A DNA stretch of 63,480 nt, filler included, from Sphacelaria rigidula (lineage: Eukaryota), in assembly GCA_964200075.2 (NCBI GenBank). It is 7 parts of 7 records of this genome, joined end to end, with 100 filler letters (N's around TTAATTAATTAA, not from the genome) between each part and the next. Parts side by side here need not be neighbours in the genome. Positions count along the whole stretch, not along the records: positions 1 to 8,985 come from CAXNAA020009587.1; positions 9,086 to 18,070 come from CAXNAA020009588.1; 5 more parts are not named here. The stretch is one strand, 5' to 3'. Positions 1 to 11,442 of the stretch are shown here, in pieces. The notes under the pieces are model-generated. The model had not been told where the DNA came from, made no database searches, and saw nothing but the letters and a program-made list of their open reading frames with translations. The position numbers were made by a program, and so were the translations under genes. Positions within the stretch are counted from its first letter, which is position 1. Every line of letters begins with the position of its first letter.

Positions 1-29
1 CACATATCGGAACGGCTTTTTATGTGAAG

Positions 30-69
<40 letters not shown>
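30..69 (+). repeat. (CAA)n microsatellite, possibly a retroposon tail
   Basis: About 13 perfect CAA units seen directly. Confidence 0.95.
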
Positions 70-1417
70 ATTATGCGCATACCGTGAATTTCAACCCAAA
101 AAAGGAGTAAACAGCACATTAAGTAGCGGCCGGCTCATAAAAAGCTGAAAACCAGGCTCAGCCTGAGTTCTCTTGGCTGGTGCAAAGGCTCTCTATACTG
201 GACTGAATGTAGCGGTCGTCGCTGAGGGCTGAACACTTCCCTATTCTCTTGGAAATCTCAGCCTAATTTCCTTACAACGTCTTCTCTTGTGAGCGGGCCG
301 CTACTGTATGTCTATCTGTCTGTCGAGGACATGTAATATTCTCACATTGGCGACACCACAAGATGGCTCTGTACGGAGTATATGCTTTACTGAACAGAAC
401 GTTCTGGGTTCGAATACTGCACGGGTCGGACGAATGAATGATTCATCTGGAAATTAATGTGATCGATTCGTACCATATGAATCAATCCTTGGGCTCTTTT
501 TTCAGCGTTGCAACTCAGGTACACGCGCACGTGGAATGGCGAAAAAATTGCGTGGAGACCTTTTTGACAAGCCGTCATTTTTTTTTCTCTTTTCCGAGCA
601 ATCCGGCTTGAGAAATCGTGGATTTGGTCACTCGAACCGGCGATGATTTATTCGAACCGTGGAGCATTGCCTCCGACAACTGCGGTGAGTACAAAATACC
701 CCTTAAAGTTATGCAGGCAACAAGACGGTCGTGAAATAGTGGGGGGGCGGACCACTGGTGGGGAGCAAGCAAGAAGCGCTCATGGACAAACCCTCCGCGG
801 AAATAGTTGGAATGACGGCCCCAACACACGAAACGAGGCGTGTATTATAAACAAAATGCAACAAGTGACATATTTCCCGAAAAGGGGAAGAACTCTATTT
901 TCTTGCAAGTGGGAGAATTTCTGAGTAGCCCATTGAATGTATTGAAGCTTATGATATGGGCCATCAGTCGTCTGACTATAATAGAGAAAACTAAACAGAA
1001 AAACTGGAAAGGATCAGTCATCGCCCGAAATGCCTTTGCCGGTATTCCCATATAGCAGGGTGGACCAAAAGTTTAGGGTGGCTTTTTTTAATTTCAGATT
1101 ATAAACGAAATTTTGAAAATTGGCGCATGTTCTTCAAAAAGAAACAATGACGGTGTAACTTTTGGATCCTTCGATTGGTGTTATAAAATTCGACCGCACT
1201 TCGATGCATGGGAGGTATACACCTAATATTCGGGGTCCTGGAGCAGAAACAAATTTTTGGGTATTTACGGCAACATCCCTTGCAATGCGATTGAATTCCC
1301 CAACACCAATCAATGCAGCTGAAATATTGTTTCTGCTTCACGACCCAAAAATATTCGGTGCATACCCCCCATGCTTTGTAAATGCGATCAAATTTCCCAA
1401 CACCAATCAACTGACTA

Positions 1418-1520
1418 CCATCATGGTTACCGCCAAAAAACGCAAGCGCGCGCAAAAAATCGGTAACCTGGTTGCCTAGCTTACGCAGTGAGTGGCGTAT
1501 TTCATAGCATCATCGCCAAC
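1418..1520 (+). repeat. Dispersed repeat with internal hairpin, copy 1
   Basis: ccatcatggttaccg...cggtaacctggttgcctagctta...gtgagtggcgt..ttcatagc recurs at 54171-54272 on another contig. GGTTACCG/CGGTAACC is an inverted pair. Confidence 0.8.
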
Positions 1521-2127
1521 CGACGCCAATCCCACCAGGGGTCCGGGGGAGGGGGGGGAAAGGATGGGCACCATACCCTATTAAAGGAAATGCCACAAGT
1601 GCCTATCGAGGATTCTTCGCCGTTAATAGAGATGGCTACTGGAACAGTATACATTTTACTGCCAGTGTTCTGCTACCGGAACAGGAGCAGCCGATACTGC
1701 CAGTATTTTCCTTTTCACGTACGTTCCACTAGAAAGAAGGTCGCGTCTGTACGTCTGACACCCCAACTCAAATAACGCATTCTCGTACAACTAAGCGGTG
1801 CAGTTACACGATCTGGGATTTGTTCTCACACCACGCCCAACAGTGGGGAGTGACTATCGTGGGTACACAACATTCGACTTCACGGTCGACGAGGGAAGGG
1901 GACCGCTGAACCCCTCTAGCGATAAAAAAAATGATGCAAGCACCGCAGGAGGAAGGGGGAGTGCGAAAGCAAAACAAAAACTCCTGTGTTGGCCTTCCTT
2001 CTGTGTGACCCCGGCTGATGCGCCCACAAATACCGAAAGGTGTAGACTGGCCTCCAGAATAGATGGGGTGACAGCACATAGACACAGAGCACTACTCCGC
2101 TGCCGAAGATACTACGTGAATCCGAGT

Positions 2128-2990
2128 AACGGGAGTACTCGACCGCCGAGAAGACTGAGTACTCCAAAGTACACGGAGTATCGTTGACACCTCAATGTAC
2201 CCGTACCCGGACTCTGCCCTATCCTGAGCACCTTTGGGGGATCGCAGTACGAGCAAATGCCATACGTTCAAAGATGTTTAGGATAGGGTACAGAACGAAT
2301 ACGGGCAACATGGGGCGTCAATAGGGCGTGGACAGCCTGATTGTGGGTCTAGCACTGTACACGACTCGACTAAGATGCGTTTATGAGCACAAAAATCTTC
2401 ACTGGCGCAGGGACGCGCCATGGATGTCACCCAGAAGGGGGGTTATCGTTCACGGTTAATTGATACATTGACAATCCATGAGGATATAAATGAGACCGAC
2501 CCGTCATAACTCGTGTCCCGCAGAATTACCGGTCCTACGAGTATACCGTATCGGGAACCGGCCTGGAGTATTGAGTGCCGAAAACACCAGGCGTTCCCGA
2601 GTACCTGGAGAGCTCGAGTGCCGATTGTACTATTTTATGTATTTCCAGAGTGTATGGAGTGCTCTACTGCCGTAAATGCCCAGAACCCTATAGAGTACCT
2701 GACTAGGGACGATCGGCACTATAGCAGCCCCAAAACGATTTAGATGGCCAATTGATGCTGTATGGGGCCGGCTTTATCTGCGGGGATGCATATAAGGCAG
2801 GCTCCCGGATCGGGCTGATACGATATGTCGATACGTATCGGGGTTTCACCCAACGTATCGGAATAGTAATATTACACCCGAGACATCGGAACATCACACC
2901 TGATACATCAGGTTCTGATTTATCGATATATTTCGATGTATCACCTGATGCATGATATGTTAAAAATGACTGAAATATGGTATAGGCAGC
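2128..2990. mobile_element. Putative non-autonomous DNA-transposon relics with reiterated GAGTAC / GATAC-GTATCG motifs
   Basis: Dense short palindromic motifs (gagtactc, gtaccc, cgatac/gtatcg) typical of subterminal repeats. Ends are not resolved. Confidence 0.4.
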
Positions 2991-3799
2991 GCGAGCGCGC
3001 GACGCCCCGGGCCTAATCGTGATGCGTGTCATGTTCCAGAATTGACCTGATGTATGAGTGATCGATTGTCGCATATTAACTGATCCCCGAGGGGCCCAGG
3101 CGTGGTCATTATCCACTAAAGAGGCGGACCCCAGGTGACCGAATCGGAAACACTCGTAAGAAACGTGGAGAAAACAGAAGAAAAAATAGAGTAAACCTTT
3201 ATTATCATTATTTTATCATCTGTTTTATTGCCGCACTTCGAACCCCTCCCCTTTCTCGGGACGAGTCCGTGGTCTCAAGGGATGAACCCACCCACCTTTC
3301 CCCCGCGAGACGCCTTGATATTTTGGTTTCGCGGATTGGATCAGCACTATTCCCGCACCGCGTTAGCTCTTGTCAAACAAACTCAGTCAACTACTTTTTG
3401 TTTACTCACGTACTAATAACGCTTTCGACGATGGAAATCAGATGCTTCGAAGAAAATCCCCACCGTATCGGACCAGTTTCACCGGCTGAGAGTCCCAGGG
3501 ACACCGGGAAGTTTCCAGGGAGCAGGGGGAGGTAGGTGGTTTCAGACAGGGGGTACGGGCCTGTTCGCAGAAAAGGTGAAGCTCACGAAGTCAACCATGT
3601 GTGTGTGGAATTTTTCACGGAAAAATTTATGCCAGGAAAGACGCTCGAGATGAGCAAAGTGGTCACTTTGAGCTGTGATCGGTCCGAATGGGCGGTACGC
3701 CACACACCAGAGGGCCAAAGATGGACCACCTATATAGCAGACTAGCAATATTTCCCATTTTGGTCATGGCCATTCAACCATAGATGGCAAGAGCATAAA

Positions 3800-4358
3800 T
3801 GACGTGTTCTTTACTCTGCTTGTGGTCTTTGCCATCCGCCGGACGCTACTTGTGTTGACAGCATAGGTTCACTGTCACTCTCTCTGTACTGTTGTTGTGG
3901 AACCCTAAGCAGAGACATCAGCAGCGTGCCATAGACAGTGTGAAGTGGATAGCGATGGCATACTCTCTGTTTCATGCGCTTGTATCCAGCGAATACATAG
4001 TCGGTGGCTCTGCGGTGCCCGCTGGTGTGTATCTGTATCTACTCTGCTACCCTCAATCCCTTGGGCCTTTTCCTTTTATTGTATTTCATTTCATTTGCCT
4101 TTTAATTTCCTCTTATTTTCCCTTTTCCTTTGTTTTGGGTCGGCCATTTCTTTCTGTGCTTTGCTTGTGTTGACTTTTTTTTCTTGTTACGACTTAGTCT
4201 GCTATGTCGTTCTGTTCGACTTTTTGTTTTGCTCTGTTCCCTTCTTTTTTTTCAGGGCATGTTTCAGTTTCGTTTTTGTTGGGTACGTACGTCTATCATG
4301 AGACCACGGCTGGACCCCTGGAGGGTCAGTTAAAGTGCGACAATCAATCAATCAATCA
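3800..4358 (+). mobile_element. Probable 3' end of a LINE/SINE with (CAAT)n tail
   Basis: A long T-rich UTR-like tract ends in gagaccacggctggacc...gtcagttaa..., followed by (caat)4. The class is an inference. Confidence 0.45.
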
Positions 4359-4486
4359 AAACATACATACACCATACATGGTGACTCTGCACGCACACGA
4401 CTGTAGGGTATCAACAGGTCAGGGGTTCTTCCGTCCTGTTTCCCATATATTGCCTTTCCCTTGCTCAAAAAAAATAAATCAAATGA

Positions 4487-4554
4487 CCATCCATCCATCC
4501 ATCCATCCATCCATCCATCCATCCATCCATCCAATTAATTAATTAATTAATTAA
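4487..4554 (+). repeat. Compound microsatellite (CCAT)n + (AATT)n
   Basis: Seen directly. Confidence 0.95.
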
Positions 4555-7497
4555 ATTTATTTATATTATACATATTATTTATATATGTCAAACATCCATG
4601 TGTTCATGAAAAAAGGCGTGTGCTCGTGGTGAAAAAAAACAACCGAGTCCATCTCAGGGGGGTAGCAATTTAAGGGTTAACCCTTTGGCGACAAGCATAT
4701 TATAAGTCATCTGTTGAATCGGCTTCAAATGCACTTGGAAAAAGTATTCATGATCCAGATGGACCACCCTTGCGGCAAGGGGCTAAGATGGGCCCATATG
4801 GGACCTTCCGCATGTATTATGAGGAAAGTCTTTCGGGCTCGGGGATTTTCCAGAGAAGTTATTTTGTCGCCTAGCTCGTCGACAACAGTTGACTGTTTTC
4901 GGAGAAATCCAGGTCGTCGGGGGCAAAAGATGTTAATCATGAACGCCTCGCATCAAGCACGGTGCAACTAGCTGTGCAGGCGGTGCATATTTGAAGTGCA
5001 GCCGAACAAAGTAGGGACAGCACACGAAGTGCGCGCGGTGGGGCAACACTACGACGCAGCCTGTACCGCTGTGCAACAGTACAGGCGGCACGGGCGGTAC
5101 ACACCGCCGCATCAGATACCTAAACACAGTACATGCGTGTACTACTGTAGGGCACATGCAGAACAGCAGAATGGACAGCATCGTGCGGTACATGCGACCA
5201 CGAGTTGGGAGAAAACAGATGAAATCCCGTCGAGGTTCCCACGCCGTAATAGGTCTCCTTGAAGAATTTTCCTGGACTGTCATTACGTACTCGATTTGAG
5301 TGTCATCTCCAATATTCAGATCTTTATTGGGGCTGGCGGTCCCCAGCACCCCTACAGTACAAGTAGTAGTACAGAGTACGTGGTATTACAGCGTGCGCAG
5401 AACGCGTCTTGACAAAATAGGCGATGCATGCACCGATTCGAGGTCTGCCGACGTCCTATTTATCCGAAGCACCCTCTGCACCCCCTGAGCCCGGGTGGTA
5501 TAGTCATGTTTCGGATGGGGTTCGCGTAAGCGGTATTTTCAAAATCAGCAATTTTTCCGAGAGCATCCTGTGATAAAGAGTCATATTGCGGAATGGGAAA
5601 ACGAGCTTATTTTGTTGGTCAAGGGGTGGAGTGGACAGCGACAAGGGTACCAGTGCCGTCTTCTGAAAAGGACGTAAGCACCATAAGATCCATTGCAAAT
5701 CATACTGGTCGACGGCTTGTCACCCTCCAGAGGTTTCACAATGCGGTTTGACTACCGTGTTGTCGGGATACCTGGACGGCCTGTACGGTCTGGGTCTGAC
5801 AGCACATCTCCATGCCTACATAACACAAGTACAAGAGACAGACAGAGTTACAAAACTGTAATGTAGTATACAAAGTTCAACACTCAGTTTTTCAATTTTT
5901 GAACAAGCTAGTATTGATCGAGATGCAATCTGTGCTTGACAGAAGCGGATACAACACGCGCCCACCGTTCTCTACCATGCCATATCAAGATTCTCACGAT
6001 ATAATTTGAAGAAAAATCAAAGGCATGTACACCAACCACACCTGAGCTTGCAACGGCACCTCGGTCGGTTCCTGATAAGCCAGGATAACAGTGAGTTGTT
6101 GCCGAAACACCTTAACGGCAATATTGTTCTTCGCATACAAGAAATGTCATTGTACACAATCTAAGCAGAAGCAGCCAGCTCGGAGTTGGTACTTGTACAA
6201 CTCACTATCTGTAGTTTCATGCTCTTCTGTGTAGCTGCACTTACTTGTACCCTGCAACATTGCCTTCATTGGTGTATATCAGGCGCCAGAATGCCGTCGC
6301 GCCCCGATAGGCTTACGGTACAACTGAAACCGTTCGGGCGGGAAAAACGCGGGTTCCATTCGGGCCAGATTTCACTGAAATACCTGATTTCCGTCGGTGA
6401 AAATGCGAAGACGCAGGAGTCTTGATTGCAAGGCTGAAACAAAGCCCAATAATTGATTCGTATGAATTAGTTACACGCAGAAAAGCGTATAATTTTCAGG
6501 CAAATATCTTCCGTCGACCCATACACTGGTGTTAATAGTAGTAGAGAGAGTATCGGTGTATGTGATACTAAAATCCAGAGAGTATCGATGCGATATTAAA
6601 TTTCCGACTACGGACAACATATCGACATTTACCATGAGATGACAATGCACTTTTATCGCAATATTTCATGGCCATCACTTGCCCGTGTGCTGTACCTCCA
6701 GCACGAGAGTCAAGAAGAGTGATATTTTTACTCGCTTTCTCTATGCATTTTAATTATTCCGAAGTATACTCCTACCGCGGATCTGAGCGAGGGTCTACTG
6801 TGGCCATTATATTGTTTAACGGTCTCGGCCGTCTAGCCCAAGAGTTCGGTTCATACCAGCACCGGGTTGCAACGCCAACCGCCAACCCGCTGTGCATAGA
6901 AGACGCAAGCTCTCATGCTGTACGACAACACTCACATCGATATTTTAGCAGGAGCAGGAGTAGCGGCAGCAGCACCAGCAACAGCGGTATGTGTAGAATG
7001 AAATATGAAGTACTGAAACTGCAGTTGTGTGTGCCAGGGTACCGAATACTGCACACTGACTGCAAAGACCGCCCGGCCGTCGGTTACGCTCGGAAATCTG
7101 ACTGTTTGCCGTTTTTAAACGAAGCATCTTGGTTTGAATATAGAATATGGAACGGCACATTTTTTCAAGTCTCCCGATGATCGTGTCACCAGTGTGCGGT
7201 GAGGGTCACTCAAGATAGACACCAACCGACCGTTCAGCGATTAGGTTGTACGGTATCTATAATCTGTCGGGCTCGCGCTGTCCAAACGTGTCCACCACAT
7301 CTTCGGTCTCCTTACAAAAACACACGGAAGCCCGCCCACTTCTATCAGTAGTGTTTGTATCGACACTTCGAAATAGAGGGAGGCGGTTTCGTTCGATAAA
7401 TAGCTATTATAGACGTGCAGCAAAAAACTGCTTGTTTGCTTGATATCCGCTCCTGTGCTTGTCTGCGCAGGGTTACCTCCATATCTATATCTGACCC

Positions 7498-8869
7498 ATG
7501 ATGGCCGAAAGGCGTTCATCATGGCAGCACCCCTATGTGTCTGTGCTTCAGCTGGCTGGACTGGGCAGCAATACCAGTAGCAAACGGGACGGCTCTGTCG
7601 GTGGTGCATGTGGTGGTGCAATGCGGTCGCATGTTGTCGGGGACGTCAAGGAGATGATGGTGAGACATGAAAACGGTGTGGGCCTTTTTTGTTTCCGAAA
7701 ATCTGACATTCCATCACCGTCCGGACGGTGAAATCTTTTTTGATTTATTATTTTTTGAATCTCATCCATCAGAGGTGGGAAGGAGGAGGTGATGAAGAGC
7801 GATGGGAATACCCCAGTGCAGTCAAGTAGAGGGCTGCATGCAGCTGATAGTGCAGTACCACGGCTTCGGTTGAGCGGATTGCTGATACTGAAAATGCTCC
7901 GGTGAGCAAGGAACCTCGGGCAGGCCCTCGCAGTATACTCTGTAGGGGTAGGTGAAGCGCCTAGGACAAGACGGTGAAACCGGTCGGTGAAGATTTTGCG
8001 GGGTTCGTTTGGATCCAAGGGATACTCTGTTTTCTTGTAACACCGCGTTCAACCGGTAGTGATCTCCTTGGAGAAGGGCGATTGATGGCACCGCATGTCT
8101 ATGCATGTACGGCCGGCCGCCATTATACGTGTCATATGTCACGTCGCATATCGCTCGCCCCCGAGGATATTTACTTTTGCGTCTATGCACGCACTCGCCA
8201 TGCAACTTCAATAGTTTAAGGGTACCGATAAGTATAGTTGTCGGGGTGTCCGTGCGAGTACATGAGCATTGGGATAACCGGTAGCATGCAACAGGTAGGG
8301 TGCCAAATCAATTGCCTCGTGGATCCTTAGCGATGAAGGCAACACCATAGAAGTATCGTGATGGTGTACAGAGCGAAATGGTGATCTAGAAAATACGGGT
8401 CAACTATCGTTGCGGACGTTTGCTTGACCCGCGCAATTTTCCTTTGAGCGTTGTGCTGTTACATCGCCTACATGATCGATGATTCCGATCGCTCAAGATA
8501 GTCCGCAGAGTGCACTACCGCACGACAGCGTAGGACACGATGATGCCTTCTGCTGGGCTATCATGTCCACTTAGCTGGGTAGATCAGGCGCAATAGCAGA
8601 TAGAACGGGTCCTGCTGCTACATATATTACGATGACTCGAGAGCGCGGTCTTCTCCTTTGCGTTGGGCGAAAACATGCCGCGCACCTGCTTGCGTGTTAA
8701 GACCATGACCCCCCCGCCCCCCTCCCCCTTTACCCTTCTCCAGGACAAGACGATAGGAAAGCGTTGCTATCGGGTGAGTGGCGCTGTGTCCGCCGCGAAC
8801 TATCTTGAAGTGCCCCGGGAAGCGAGGACCGCACCGTTGAACTTGCTCGGCCGCTACGTGTACGTTCAG
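7498..8869 (+). CDS. WDR90: WDR90/POC16-like protein, N-terminal CFAP20-type domain; exons 7498-7659 and 8744-8869, truncated by contig end
   Basis: The spliced product reads MMAERRSSWQHPYVSV...GDVKEMM|DKTIGKRCYRVSGAVSAANYLEVPREARTAPLNLLGRYVYVQ. This matches the recalled WDR90 N-terminus (WQHPF.NV...GDV...DKT....YRI.GSVSAANYIQLP.....L.LTGRYLYV). The donor is ATG|GTGAGA, the acceptor is a polypyrimidine tract plus CAG, and the phase is 0. Confidence 0.8.
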
Positions 8870-8985
8870 GCGAGTGTCCATTTTGCTAACATGAACCACG
8901 CTGCTTGTGCACAATTGCAGTATCCCCCCCCCCCCCCACCCCCTCTCCTCTCGACAAGGGCGGGGTGTGTGCTCATGAGCATGCA

Positions 8986-9085
8986 NNNNNNNNNNNNNNN
9001 NNNNNNNNNNNNNNNNNNNNNNNNNNNNNTTAATTAATTAANNNNNNNNNNNNNNNNNNNNNNNNNNNNNNNNNNNNNNNNNNNN
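8986..9085. other. Artificial contig linker (N44-TTAATTAATTAA-N44)
   Basis: 100-bp spacer with stops in all six frames. It recurs at 18071, 27156, 36239, 45320 and 54401. Confidence 0.99.
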
Positions 9086-9420
9086 TCCCATTTCGATTTA
9101 CGTGAAGATTTTGCCGCCCAAAACCATGCACTTTGTTGGGGGGGGCTATCGTAGAAAGTGTCGGGCGCACACATCAATATTTAGTCGCAATAACAATTTC
9201 AAGGAACAAAGACTCAACGCACAAGGGCATCTTCTTCACAGACGCGCACACCAATACTCAGGCGTAACGGCGATTTTCCGGCAGATTTTCATGGTACTGT
9301 ATATCAGTCACATTACACATAAAGAGTATCGTCCGCAAGAGTGCACGCGTCAAGACTCACCCCAGCAACAATCCACTGGAATAACTAATGCAAGAGCACA
9401 AGGATCGCCGTGTACTGTAC

Positions 9421-11195
9421 CTGCAAGCTCTGCAGGAAACCCCACGATCGGAGCCTCCGAAGCGCCTGTCCTGGTTCCCTAGTCTTACCCCCTCCCGCCC
9501 GTACCTCGTCCGCTGCTGCCACTGCCTCTTGAACCAAATCATGTATAAACACGTAGGCATGCTGTGACACAAGGATGGGGGACAGGGGGTCAGTTCTGCG
9601 GCTATGGCGTTCGGTGCTACTATTAATAGACAAAAAAAAAACCGTCGAAGGGACAAGCTGTTGGCCGAGTTTGACCCACAGTACTTGTGCCAACAGCGAG
9701 GGTAAGTGGGTTCGGTGACTCAAGTACCGATTGCGTGCGATGACATGGCACAACGCTAGACTTGCGTACCTGCCGTCACGCGGAAGCCATGACACTGGAT
9801 AGCAGCGGATAATCCTGAAAAACGCCTCGCAAAAAAGCGTGAGGCCTGCGAGTACTTCAAAACAATAACAACAGAAACTCGAAACTGGCGCGTTTCTTTG
9901 TTACCCACCAGGTAAGCGGAGGGTTTTTCAACCCCGAACAGCTCCGCGATACACTCCCTCAACAGCGGTAGCACATCAACCGTCCCCTCTCCCCAGCTGC
10001 CACCCTCGCATTCTCGACGTCCATGAGCCAACGCGCCTACGCGATCTGCCGCCGCCCGGTAGCTCCTGTAAACCCCCTTAAACGCATCGTGCAGGAAGGG
10101 CATCGGCTGTGAGGTGGCCAACTCGTACAGCCTTACAAACGCCAGCGAAATCACAGCAGGGTTGTCACTGGTCTCCAGTAAGCCAAGCAAGAACACGAGG
10201 TGCTGTCGAGCCAGTCTCGGGAAGGGAAACAGCAGCGGCACACGCGGTTGCAGCAACCGTAGCCCCTCCTCCAACGCCCCCCGGGACCTCTCCGCTTTAC
10301 TGGTGCTCTGAGCAACGCCACCATGGCTACCGCCGTTTCCCATCGTTGTTTTGTTATCGTCACCCGCGGAGCACCCGTCTCCGCCGCCGCCCATGACGAC
10401 CATAGCCTGATCTTCTAGGGTACGCAAAGCGGCCGCGAGGAACGTGAGCAGGGGGGCGCGCAGGACAGGCCAGGCCTCCGATTTTCCAAGGAGCTGCCGG
10501 TGCACCAGCGCTGCCTCATCCCACTCTTCCGGTGTGCTTCCTTCCTCGCGCTTGGGTCCCAGGTGCAGGCGGAAGGCTATGTGGAGCCGGCCTAGGCCCT
10601 CCGCGCTGAGGAGCACTGAGTGCGCCAGTGATTCCGGGGCTAGCACGGGCCAGGTCGTGGGAACAGAGTTGGGGGGTGACGCTTGCTGCTGCTGCTGCTG
10701 CTGCTGTGGGGTTTGTAGAGACCAGACTAGACGCAGTAGGTCGTCTTTTGAGGCTTGATGAACAGCAGCTCCGATCATGTCTCTGACGGCTTGCTCGGTG
10801 AGGCGTGCCACATTTGTGCCGCTGTTGCTGTTATTGTCGCTGTCGTCACAGGTCGATTTCCTCTTCTTTTTTCTACTTGTAGTTGTACAGGTCGAGCGAG
10901 CAGTACCCTGTATCTGTAGCAACTCCGGCGCTACTACAAAGGCAGCAGCACATGTGTCACGCTCGTCTTTGGCAGATGAAACTAGCCACGGACACTGCAG
11001 GAACGCTGTGGTGTCCAGCCCATCAGGGAGAGTTTTAGCCGTGCGCGGTTGTTGTTGTTGCTGCTGACTGCGATCCCCACCCGTTGAGTCTTTCGATTTC
11101 TTCTTCTCGACGACGCCGCGCTTGCCCGTCTTTTTCTTGTGTGGCAAGATTTTTTTGCTGAGGAACTTTCGCTGCCGCTTTGACACCTTCCCCAT
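9421..11195 (-). CDS. NOC2: Nucleolar complex protein 2 (NOC2/NOC2L)-like; exons 11195-9909 and 9561-9421, 3' part off-contig
   Basis: Basic N-terminus MGKVSKRQRKF, then LLFPFPRLARQHL...SLAFVRLYEL...FKGVYRSY...LRECIAELFG..SAYL|HAYVFIHDL...SWGFLQSLQ, which parallels Noc2 motifs (Y.HAF.YIRQL...NWQF..SL). Splice sites are GT/AG in phase 0. Confidence 0.78.
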
Positions 11196-11442
11196 GGTGC
11201 TGTCCTTGCCGCGACGGCTACTACTATAGCTTGTACAAGGGTACCTTCCTGCTCACTGGACGGAACTGTACCGGCTGTACTGTGACCTTACAGGGCCGAC
11301 AGTCCCGCGCTGTGCTACCACTGAAAATGAGTCATTTTCCAAATATCGAAAAGCCTCCACGACGGCCTTGCGGCCGTGCTCTGGCTGCTGTTCGCCCCCG
11401 ACCACACAACACCCAATCGGACTCACAGACACCAGCGCAACC
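11196..11442. promoter_or_regulatory. Putative bidirectional promoter between NOC2-like and SMYD-like genes
   Basis: The divergent ATGs (11195 on -, 11443 on +) are separated by only 247 bp. A CCAAT lies near 11413. Confidence 0.55.

Noticed and set aside
4533..4554. Additional TTAATTAA linker
   Set aside because: No flanking Ns. It is a natural (AATT)n microsatellite.
8627..8914. Continuation of NOC2 across the linker
   Set aside because: It is a different contig, and the + strand here encodes the WDR90-like exon.
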